DNA of 18,688 bases from Gemmatimonadota bacterium (lineage in GTDB: Bacteria; Gemmatimonadota; Gemmatimonadetes; Palauibacterales; Palauibacteraceae), in assembly GCA_046758745.1 (NCBI GenBank), contig JBHIAV010000052.1, positions 1-18,688 of the forward strand, in the 5' to 3' direction. The notes beneath the pieces were generated by a model. The model had not been told where the DNA came from, ran no database searches, and saw nothing but the letters and a program-made list of their open reading frames with translations. Made by a program: the position numbers and the translations under genes. Below, one piece after another: positions 10,069 to 18,688 of the stretch. The number at the start of each line of letters is the position of its first letter. Positions within the stretch are counted from its first letter, which is position 1.

Positions 10069-10440
10069 ATGAGCGAGCGGGGTGTCGAAGAGACGCTGGC
10101 CCAGCTTCGGCGGGAGAACCCGCGCTACGCGGAATCCGCCTATCTCTTCCTCCTGGCGGCCCTGCACGATCACCTGGAGAAGCTCGAGGCGCCACGCCAC
10201 ATATCGGGTGCGGAGCTGGCGGGGGCGGTGCGCGACCTCGCCCTCGAGCGCTTCGGTCCTCTCGCCCGCACGGTGCTGGAGTACTGGGGCATCCACTCCA
10301 CGTCCGATCTGGGCGAGATCGTGTTTCAGCTGGTGGACCACGGCATACTCATAAAGCAGGCGACGGACCGGCGCGAAGATTTCGAGGGCCTGTTCAGCTT
10401 CCAGGAGGCCTTCGAGACCGAGTATCCGTGGGGGCGGTGA
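10069..10440 (+). CDS. conserved hypothetical protein (~123 aa), possibly of the Minf_1886-like small-protein family
   Basis: Coherent ORF with GGAGG 6-12 nt upstream of the ATG at 10069. From memory it resembles a small conserved hypothetical family found in Verrucomicrobia, Planctomycetes and Gemmatimonadetes (ISGAELAGAVRDLALERFGPLARTVLEYWGIHSTSDLGEIVFQLVDHGIL). It is the real 3' portion of an otherwise spurious 575-aa ORF. Confidence 0.5.
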   Translation: MSERGVEETLAQLRRENPRYAESAYLFLLAALHDHLEKLEAPRHISGAELAGAVRDLALERFGPLARTVLEYWGIHSTSDLGEIVFQLVDHGILIKQATDRREDFEGLFSFQEAFETEYPWGR

Positions 10441-10574
10441 GCGTGCTCCCGATGTGTCGTTAGGCTGCTCCCCCGGCCGCGGGGCGCCACGGATCCAGGC
10501 GCCTCGTCTTTCTCTCCTGTCCAAGCTGTCCAGGTTGCGCACAGTGCCGTGAACGTCGGGAGGGGGGTGAACGC

Positions 10575-10772
10575 GTGGAACAGAGTGCCCAGTGGCCGCA
10601 GTGCCTTAAGTGTCAGGACGGTGCGCTGATACCGCTGTCGGACTACGGCCGGGACGGAGCGCCCATCCGGTACAAGGCCTGGGTATGCTCCAACCCGGGG
10701 TGCGGCTTCAACATCCGCATCGACAATGGTGAGATCAGCTACGGTCGCACCATAGCCCAGTCCTACAAGTAG
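10575..10772 (+). CDS. small zinc-ribbon protein (65 aa)
   Basis: Two Cys pairs (CLKC ... CSNPGC) are spaced as in a zinc ribbon. GTG start with a strong GGGAGGGG SD 8 nt upstream. Codon usage is less GC3-biased than in its neighbours. Confidence 0.4.
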   Translation: MEQSAQWPQCLKCQDGALIPLSDYGRDGAPIRYKAWVCSNPGCGFNIRIDNGEISYGRTIAQSYK

Positions 10773-10854
10773 TCGCCCGCACGCAGCGCGCGGCGTCTCT
10801 CCGGCCGGCCCTCTCCACGCCGCCCGGTCGGTGGGAGGGCGTCGCCGGGACCTC

Positions 10855-12474
10855 ATGGAAGACCGCATAGCCGACCCGTCGCGGCTGGACTCGAGGCTCG
10901 CCTGGGAGGCGGCCGACGCCGTGGTTTGGCTTCCCACCGCGGAAGAGATGGCCGAGCTGGATCGGGTCGCGGTTGCGTCCGGGGCGACGACCGAGCGCGG
11001 CCTGATCGAGTCTGCGGGCCGTGAGATCGCGCGCATGGTGGCCCGTCGGTGGCCGGAGGGACCGGTGGTGGCCCTAGCCGGCAGCGGCCACAACGGGGCG
11101 GACGCCCTCGTCGCGCTCCGCAGCCTGGTCGCGTGGGGGAGGGAGGTAGCTGCGGTGCAGGGAGGGAGCTCCCCACCCAGCCCGGACGTACTTCAGGGGT
11201 GGCCGATCGCCCTTCTTCCTGCCGACCGGCTGGAGGAAACGGTGCGCAGGGGCTCGGTCCTGCTCGATGGCCTCCTCGGTACGGGGCTCACCGGTCCGCC
11301 TCGAGCCGCGCTGGCCGACCTCATAGAGCGGGTGAACGGTCTCGAAGTGCCCGTGGTGGCGGTGGACGGCCCGAGCGGGGCCGACTTCAGCACGGGGCGA
11401 GTGCCGGGAGCGTGCGTTCGGGCCGCACTCACGATATGCCTCGGCTGGCCCAAGCTGGGGCTCCTGCGCCACCCTGCCCGGACGTACTGCGGGGAGATCG
11501 TGGCGGTGGAGATCGGATTCCCGCCGCCGGGCGCTCCCATGGGCGCCCGGGCGATCACGGGGCGGTGGGTGCGCGAGATGCTCCGGCCGCGGCCGCCCGG
11601 GGCCCACAAGGGGGATGCCGGCTACCTGGCGCTCGTGGCCGGCCAGGCGGGCATGGCCGGAGCGGCGGCACTGGCCGCACGTGGGGCCCTGCGGGGAGGG
11701 GTGGGGATCGTGCGGATCATCTCCGACCCGGCCAACCGGGAAGTCCTGCAGGCCGCCATCCCGGGCGCGATCTTCGCCCCGTGGGACGACGAGCGGGCCG
11801 TTCGCGAGAGCCTCGCCTGGGCGCACGCCCTCGTCGTCGGCCCGGGACTCGGCCGCGGCGAGGAGAGACGGCGACTCGTGGAACGAGTGCTGGAGCTGCG
11901 TGGCGAGACACCGGTTCTTCTCGACGCGGATGCGCTGAGCGTGTGGCCCGGCGAGCTCGAAGCCCTCGGCCGTCACCTCGGCCCCGCCGACCTCCTCACA
12001 CCTCACCCCGGAGAGCTGGCCCGGCTGAGCGGAGAGACGCTGCAGGGAGTCCGAGCGGATCCTCCGACCGCCGCAAGGAGGGCAGCCGCCACGGCCGGCT
12101 GCGCGGTCCTGCTCAAGGGCGCCCCCTCCGTGATCGCCGTCGGCGCAGAGCCCCTGCGCGTGAGCACGATCGGCGGGCCGGCGCTGGCGGCAGGTGGGAC
12201 GGGCGATGTGCTGGCCGGTCTCGCGGGGGCGTATCTGGCGGCCGGCATGCCTCCCGCGGATGCGGGCTCGGCAGCCCTTCTCATCTCCGGGGTGGCGGCG
12301 GCTGCCTCGCCGGAGGCGGTGGGCCATGTGGCCGCGGACCTTCCGGACCGACTGCCGTCCATCCGGGCTCGGGTGGCGCGGCTGCGCCGCGAGCGGAACG
12401 ATGCAGTCGTCTTTGCGGCCGCCCCGGACCCGCCGCTCGGGGGGGAGGGGCTCCGGGGAGTACCCCGCGAGTGA
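10855..12474 (+). CDS. nnr: bifunctional NAD(P)H-hydrate repair enzyme Nnr (YjeF-N epimerase plus YjeF-C ADP-dependent dehydratase)
   Basis: N-domain ALAGSGHNGADALVALR followed by LLDGLLGTGL. C-domain HKGDAGYLALVAGQAGMAGAAALAARGALRGGVG, LLTPHPGELARL, and GGTGDVLAGL, the carbohydrate-kinase-like motif. Confidence 0.8.
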   Translation: MEDRIADPSRLDSRLAWEAADAVVWLPTAEEMAELDRVAVASGATTERGLIESAGREIARMVARRWPEGPVVALAGSGHNGADALVALRSLVAWGREVAAVQGGSSPPSPDVLQGWPIALLPADRLEETVRRGSVLLDGLLGTGLTGPPRAALADLIERVNGLEVPVVAVDGPSGADFSTGRVPGACVRAALTICLGWPKLGLLRHPARTYCGEIVAVEIGFPPPGAPMGARAITGRWVREMLRPRPPGAHKGDAGYLALVAGQAGMAGAAALAARGALRGGVGIVRIISDPANREVLQAAIPGAIFAPWDDERAVRESLAWAHALVVGPGLGRGEERRRLVERVLELRGETPVLLDADALSVWPGELEALGRHLGPADLLTPHPGELARLSGETLQGVRADPPTAARRAAATAGCAVLLKGAPSVIAVGAEPLRVSTIGGPALAAGGTGDVLAGLAGAYLAAGMPPADAGSAALLISGVAAAASPEAVGHVAADLPDRLPSIRARVARLRRERNDAVVFAAAPDPPLGGEGLRGVPRE

Positions 12475-12541
12475 GGCGGAGCGCGGCGGTGAGGAGGGTG
12501 TGGAGAGCAGGATGACGGGGAGCGGGACGACGGGGAGGAAG

Positions 12542-14149
12542 ATGACGGCAGGATCGAGCCTCGCCGTCGCGCTGCTCCTGGTCATCCCGGCCGTGCCCTC
12601 CGCCGTGCACGCCCAGATCGGCCCGGCGCACTGGCGACCGGACGATCGCATCCTGATCGGAGACTTCAGCTGGGTGGAGGCTCTCGCGCGGGGCTTCGAC
12701 CGCCTGTACGCGGCGACGGGAGCCGGCCTGGTCGTGTACGACGATCTGTCTCGCCGCTTCGAGCCGCCGTTCACCCGCGAGGACGGCTATCCGGAGGCGC
12801 GGGTCACCGCGATGACGTACGACGACCGAGACGGCACGTTGTGGCTGGCCACCGACGAGCCCCGCCTCCTCCAGCTGCAGCCCGACACGTGGCGCTTCCA
12901 GGCGGAGCTCGGCGTCTCGGAGGAGCTTTTCGAGCTGGTGCCGGCGGAGATCTCGAACTCCGATCTGTTCGCCCGCACACGGCGCGGGTGGCTGCGCATC
13001 GACACCTTTCTCCGCGAGATCCGCCCGGTGAGCCCGGAGGTGGTGGCTGCCGAAGCGGCCCGGAACTCGTATCTGCGGCGGCGCGCAGACCTCCTTCGCG
13101 ATCCGGGTTTCCAGTCCGTCTCCAGCTTGATCGGACGCGGTTCGGGCGCGCGCGCCGCGCCGCTTACGGACGTGATGCCGGGCCGGGGCGGCTCGCTGTA
13201 CTGGGTCGGCACGGCGGGCGGATTCATCGTGGAGTACGATCACCTGACACGCACCTGGAGCCCGTTGGCGTTCGGCTTTCTCGGACGCGGAGCCGCTGCT
13301 TTCGCCGCGGATACCACCGGGGTGTGGTTCCTGCCACACGAGTCGGCGCGCGGTCGGTTCGGGGTGGCTCGGGCCGATGTCGAGCTGCAGCGGTGGCAGG
13401 TGTGGGACGTCGACTCCGTGCGCGCGGCACCGCAGGAGCCGCTCCGCGTGGCCGTGAGCACACGGGGGATCCTGTGGGCCGGCGGCCCTTCAGGCCTGTA
13501 CCGGTACGCCGAAGAGGACGGGGGATGGACCGACGTGGGCAGGGCGGGGGTCCTCCGCGCGCGGGAGGTGACCGCGCTCGCAGCAGAGCCCGGGCGTGGC
13601 GTGTGGGTGGGGACATCACGGGGCGTGATCCTGCTCTCCGAGACGGGCGATCCGCTGGGTCGATCGGAGCTGTCGGGCGTGCGGGTGTACGCCCTCGCGG
13701 TGCACGCGGGCAGGCTGTGGGTGGGAACGTCCACCGGCCTGTACGCAATCGGGCTTGACGGCGGGGGACCGGAAGCCGTCTCGGGCTCCGGTGCGCTGCG
13801 CAGGCGGGTCGGCGCGCTCGCGGCGGAGGGGGAGATCCTGTACGCGGGGCTGGGCCACGAGGTGTGGCGATGGAGCGAGGGCTCCGAGTGGGCGCGGGTG
13901 GATCCGGTGGGACCGGTTGGGGGGCCGGTCACGGCCCTCGCGGTGCGCGACGGCGTCCTTTGGGTGGGGAGCGACGAGGGGATCGTTCGCTGGGACCCGC
14001 GCGCCGTCGAGCTCCGACGGTTCTCCTTTGCGGCAGGAGATCTCCCGACGGACCGGGGTCTTCGCGGGGTGTACGCGCTCCTTCCGATGGGTCCGTACGA
14101 GGTGTGGATCGGAACGCCCGCCGGCGCGCTCCGCCTCAAGGCCGAGTAG
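12542..14149 (+). CDS. secreted beta-propeller protein with two-component-regulator propeller (Reg_prop-like) repeats
   Basis: Signal peptide MTAGSSLAVALLLVIPAVPSAVHAQ, with GGGGAGG 5 nt upstream of the ATG at 12542. About eight repeats of the type LWLAT, LYWVGTAGG, ILWAGGPSGLYRY, VWVGTSRGVILL, LWVGTSTGLYAI, LWVGSDEGIVRW and VWIGTPAGALRL. No kinase or response-regulator domain follows. Confidence 0.6.
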   Translation: MTAGSSLAVALLLVIPAVPSAVHAQIGPAHWRPDDRILIGDFSWVEALARGFDRLYAATGAGLVVYDDLSRRFEPPFTREDGYPEARVTAMTYDDRDGTLWLATDEPRLLQLQPDTWRFQAELGVSEELFELVPAEISNSDLFARTRRGWLRIDTFLREIRPVSPEVVAAEAARNSYLRRRADLLRDPGFQSVSSLIGRGSGARAAPLTDVMPGRGGSLYWVGTAGGFIVEYDHLTRTWSPLAFGFLGRGAAAFAADTTGVWFLPHESARGRFGVARADVELQRWQVWDVDSVRAAPQEPLRVAVSTRGILWAGGPSGLYRYAEEDGGWTDVGRAGVLRAREVTALAAEPGRGVWVGTSRGVILLSETGDPLGRSELSGVRVYALAVHAGRLWVGTSTGLYAIGLDGGGPEAVSGSGALRRRVGALAAEGEILYAGLGHEVWRWSEGSEWARVDPVGPVGGPVTALAVRDGVLWVGSDEGIVRWDPRAVELRRFSFAAGDLPTDRGLRGVYALLPMGPYEVWIGTPAGALRLKAE

Positions 14150-14174
14150 CGCGCGCGGCCTCCGCGCGAATCGA

Positions 14175-15185
14175 ATGCGCTCGATACCGATGGCCGAAGG
14201 GCCCGAGTTCCTCCGCATCGAGGGCTTCCTGCGGGCGGCCGGCGCGGATCCGCGAGACCCCTGCGTGCGCGTCCCGCCGGGCGACGATGCGACGGTCATT
14301 GCTCCGTCGGCCGGAGAAGCCCTCGTCATCAGCTCGGACCTGTGTGTGGAAGGGGTTCATTTCCGCCGCGCGTGGCTCGACTGGGAGAGCGTGGGCTACC
14401 GAGCCGCCGCCGCGGCTCTCAGCGATCTTGCGGCGATGGCGGCGCGACCGATCGGCATCCTCGTCTCGCTCGCTTTGCCGCCCGAGCTCGATTCCGGAGT
14501 GTCCGACGCCCTTGCCGCCGGGATCGGAGCTTGCCTTCGCCGGCATGACGCCTCCCTGTTAGGCGGTGACCTCTCTGCCTCGCCGGGGCCGGTCCTGCTC
14601 GACGTGGTGGCCATCGGAAGCGCCGCCCGCCCGATCGGTCGGAGCGGAGCGCGGCCCGGCGACGAGCTGTGGGTGACGGGCACGCTGGGTGGGGCGGGCG
14701 TCGCGACGGCCGGGTGGGAGCGCGGCCTCGAGCCGGACCCGCGGGCGCGCGCCGCGTTCGAGCGACCGCATCCCCGGCTTTCCGAAGCGACCGCGCTGGC
14801 GGAGCGTGCCGTCATCCACGCCATCATAGACCTCTCGGATGGGCTGGCGAGCGACGCGGCTCACCTGGCCGCCGCGTCCGGAGTGCGCCTGGAGATCGAG
14901 CTCGCGGCCCTGCCCCTGCACGACATCCTGTTGGAGTACGCCGACCGGGAGACCGCCGTGCGGCTGGCCATCGGCGGCGGGGAGGACTACGAGCTCCTCA
15001 TCGCGGCGCCGCCCGGTCTGCGATCCGTGGCAGCGGGCCTGGGCGGAGAGCTGGGCTGCGGGCTGTCGCGCGTCGGTCGCGTGGTGCCGGGAGAGCACGT
15101 GGCTTGGCTGGAGGAGAGCGGCAGGGAGGTGAGGATCGAAGTTCCGGGATGGAACCACTTCCGCCCCCGCGAGCGCGACGGATGA
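14175..15185 (+). CDS. thiL: thiamine-monophosphate kinase
   Basis: AIR-synthase-related fold motifs GDDATVI, LVISSDLCVEGVHF, DLSDGLASD and GGGEDYELL. An alternative ATG start lies at 14190. Confidence 0.8.
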   Translation: MRSIPMAEGPEFLRIEGFLRAAGADPRDPCVRVPPGDDATVIAPSAGEALVISSDLCVEGVHFRRAWLDWESVGYRAAAAALSDLAAMAARPIGILVSLALPPELDSGVSDALAAGIGACLRRHDASLLGGDLSASPGPVLLDVVAIGSAARPIGRSGARPGDELWVTGTLGGAGVATAGWERGLEPDPRARAAFERPHPRLSEATALAERAVIHAIIDLSDGLASDAAHLAAASGVRLEIELAALPLHDILLEYADRETAVRLAIGGGEDYELLIAAPPGLRSVAAGLGGELGCGLSRVGRVVPGEHVAWLEESGREVRIEVPGWNHFRPRERDG

Positions 15186-15910
15186 TTCGAACCCTCCTCT
15201 TCTCCCTCGTGGCTGTCATCTCCACGACTTTCTTCTCGTTCGTGTCGGTGGTGGGAGGACTCCTCGGCGCGCCGAAGGGGCTGCACGACTGGGTGCACCG
15301 GCGGTGGTCGGCCTCGCTGCTCCACGCGGCCGGCGTTCGGGTGCGGGCCGGCGGCCTCCGGCACATTCGCCGCGATGGGCCGCAGATCTTCGTGTCGAAC
15401 CACCAGTCGATGTTCGACATCTGGGCGCTGATGACCTGCCTGCCGGTGTCCATCCGGTTCGTGGCCAAGGAGGAGCTGAGCCGCATCCCCCTCTTCGCCC
15501 GGGCGTGTCGCTCCGCCGGACACGTGTTCATCGACCGCGGGGATCGGACGGGCGCCATCCGACGCATGCAGGAGGCGGGGAAGCGCATGGACCGCGAGAA
15601 TCTGTCGCTCGGGCTCTTTCCGGAGGGTACGCGATCGCCGGATGGCCGCTTGCAACCGTTCAAGAAAGGCACGTTCGTCCTGGCGATCGAGACGCAGGCG
15701 CCTCTGGTGCCGGTGGCGGTCGACGGCGGAGCGAGAATCCTGCCGAAGGGGAAGCGTCGGGTCGTGCCCGGCACCCTGGATGTGCGCTTCGGTTCCCCGA
15801 TCCCGACCCGCGGCCTCACCATCGAGGATCGCGATACGGTCCTCGAGCTCACCCGCTCCGCGATCGAGGAACTGCTCGCCGAGCTGCGTGCTACTTCCGG
15901 TCCGGAGTGA
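15182..15910 (+). CDS. plsC: 1-acyl-sn-glycerol-3-phosphate acyltransferase (PlsC family)
   Basis: N-terminal TM helix. HX4D motif VSNHQSMFD, the FPEGTRS motif and the PLVPVAVDG block. The ATG overlaps the thiL TGA as ATGA. Confidence 0.8.
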   Translation: MIRTLLFSLVAVISTTFFSFVSVVGGLLGAPKGLHDWVHRRWSASLLHAAGVRVRAGGLRHIRRDGPQIFVSNHQSMFDIWALMTCLPVSIRFVAKEELSRIPLFARACRSAGHVFIDRGDRTGAIRRMQEAGKRMDRENLSLGLFPEGTRSPDGRLQPFKKGTFVLAIETQAPLVPVAVDGGARILPKGKRRVVPGTLDVRFGSPIPTRGLTIEDRDTVLELTRSAIEELLAELRATSGPE

Positions 15911-16733
15911 AGAAGATCGGGATCCCTCCCTCCGTCGGCGCGATCACCAGGTTGTTGTCGCCGGTGGCCACCTCGCCGAGCACCTCCAGGTAGCGCCAGT
16001 ACAGGTAGCGCTGGCCCGACACGCCGGTGAGGCTCGTCGCGATGACGTCTTGCGCGTCCCGGATCCCCTCCGCCTCGGCCCTCTTCTGGTTCGCCTGCTC
16101 CTGGACCACCTGCGTCTGGAAGGCTTCGGCCTGGACCTGCTGCTCCCTCGCCAGCTTCGCTTCGATCGCCGACCGGATCGCCTGCGGCGGTTCGATCTCC
16201 CGCACGAAGAAGTCGGTCACGATGATCCCGCGCGGCGTGAGCCGCTCGGCCATCAGCTCGCGGATCCGCTCCCCGATCCCCGCCCGCTCGAGCGACAGGA
16301 TGTCCGCCGCCGCCACCTCGGCCACTGCGTCGCGCGTCGCCGAGCGGTAGGCGTTATAGACGAAGGTGTGGATCGCGGCCGGCTCACCGATCGTGAGGTT
16401 CAGGCTGACCACGGAGTCCGGGATCAGCCGGTAGCGGAACGCTGCGTCCACTGAGATCTGCAGCTGATCCGAGGTGAGGGCGGTTAGCTGCTCGCTGCGC
16501 CCCTCCGGCGGAAATTGCCTCTCGCGGCGCGGGTAGTTCGTCCACGACCGAAGGATCGAGTGATACAGCCCCTGGCCGTATGGTTTGTCCGCCACCGCCC
16601 CGGTGACCGGATTGCGCCTCACCGACACCTCGTACTCGTTGACCCGGTTGAAGCCGAAGAAGAGGAGGACCACGGCCAGGAGGGCCCCGAAACCGAGGCC
16701 GAGGGTGCCGAGCCGCTGAGGGAGCTTGCTCAT
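15891..16733 (-). CDS. SPFH/band-7 (prohibitin/HflC-like) membrane protein
   Basis: Start MSKLPQRLGTLGLGFGALLAVVLLFFGF (TM anchor) with GGAGGAG upstream on the minus strand. Band-7 core ...TSDQLQISVDAAFRYRL...IIVTDFFVREIEPPQAI...EAKLAREQQVQAEAF. The 3' end overlaps plsC by 20 nt, convergently. The track ORF extends to 16967, but the RBS-supported start is at 16733. Confidence 0.7.
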   Translation of the reverse strand: MSKLPQRLGTLGLGFGALLAVVLLFFGFNRVNEYEVSVRRNPVTGAVADKPYGQGLYHSILRSWTNYPRRERQFPPEGRSEQLTALTSDQLQISVDAAFRYRLIPDSVVSLNLTIGEPAAIHTFVYNAYRSATRDAVAEVAAADILSLERAGIGERIRELMAERLTPRGIIVTDFFVREIEPPQAIRSAIEAKLAREQQVQAEAFQTQVVQEQANQKRAEAEGIRDAQDVIATSLTGVSGQRYLYWRYLEVLGEVATGDNNLVIAPTEGGIPIFFTPDRK

Positions 16734-16777
16734 GATCTCCGCTCCTCCGCGCGTGATTGGTGACTGCCTGGGCATGA

Positions 16778-18623
<1,846 letters not shown>

Positions 18624-18638
18624 CTTCACGGGGCGCAA

Positions 18639-18688
<50 letters not shown>

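Noticed and set aside
8713-10440. 575-aa + strand ORF spanning glyA and the downstream spacer
   Set aside because: Only the last ~123 codons (from the ATG at 10069, with an SD) form a coherent protein. The upstream part is out-of-frame read-through of glyA and the intergenic region, with Arg/Gly-rich nonsense.
10441-10574. CCCCG-GCCG-CGGGG hairpin (about 10477-10490) as an intrinsic terminator for the 10069 gene
   Set aside because: Only a 5-bp stem, no U-tract, and common by chance in this GC content. Not reported as a feature.
11049-12515. 488-aa + strand ORF overlapping nnr in another frame; similarly 12841-13758 and 13864-14562
   Set aside because: Arg/Gly/Pro-rich, no recognisable motifs, fully contained within genes that have strong family signatures.
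12194-12541. Upstream extension of the propeller ORF to 12194
   Set aside because: That extension overlaps the nnr coding sequence. A classical signal peptide begins at the ATG at 12542, which has its own SD, so the upstream residues are not part of the protein.

Overview
The window is high-GC (roughly 68-70%) and gene-dense. It reads as a bacterial chromosomal core segment, with 17 of 18 genes on the + strand. Four gene junctions are overlapping or translationally coupled: ATGA at 4486 and 15182, TGATG at 8510, and an 8-nt overlap at 18267. The gene order I can support runs as follows. First, an arginine deiminase, a DnaQ-like DEDDh exonuclease with an unrecognised N-terminal domain, and an MBL-fold hydrolase (81-3108), apparently coupled. 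Second, an acyl-CoA and amino-acid catabolic cluster: thiolase, BioY, 3-hydroxybutyryl-CoA dehydrogenase, acyl-CoA dehydrogenase, leucine dehydrogenase and GlyA (3278-9835). Third, two small poorly characterised genes: a ~123-aa conserved hypothetical and a 65-aa zinc-ribbon protein (10069-10772). Then Nnr (NAD(P)H-hydrate repair), a secreted Reg_prop beta-propeller protein, ThiL and PlsC. A convergent SPFH/band-7 protein sits on the minus strand. The window ends with enolase, FtsB/DivIC and the 5' part of an initiator tRNA-Met cut at the window edge. Most minus-strand ORFs in the track, and several arginine- or proline-rich + strand ORFs, are antisense or out-of-frame artefacts of the high GC content. 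I found no CRISPR array, transposase, integrase or obvious defence or secretion-system operon. The least-explained content is the small-gene pair at 10069-10772, the coupled arcA-exonuclease-MBL trio, the standalone secreted propeller, and two strong inverted repeats in intergenic regions (downstream of glyA and upstream of eno). All functional calls rest on motif recognition by eye, not on database searches.
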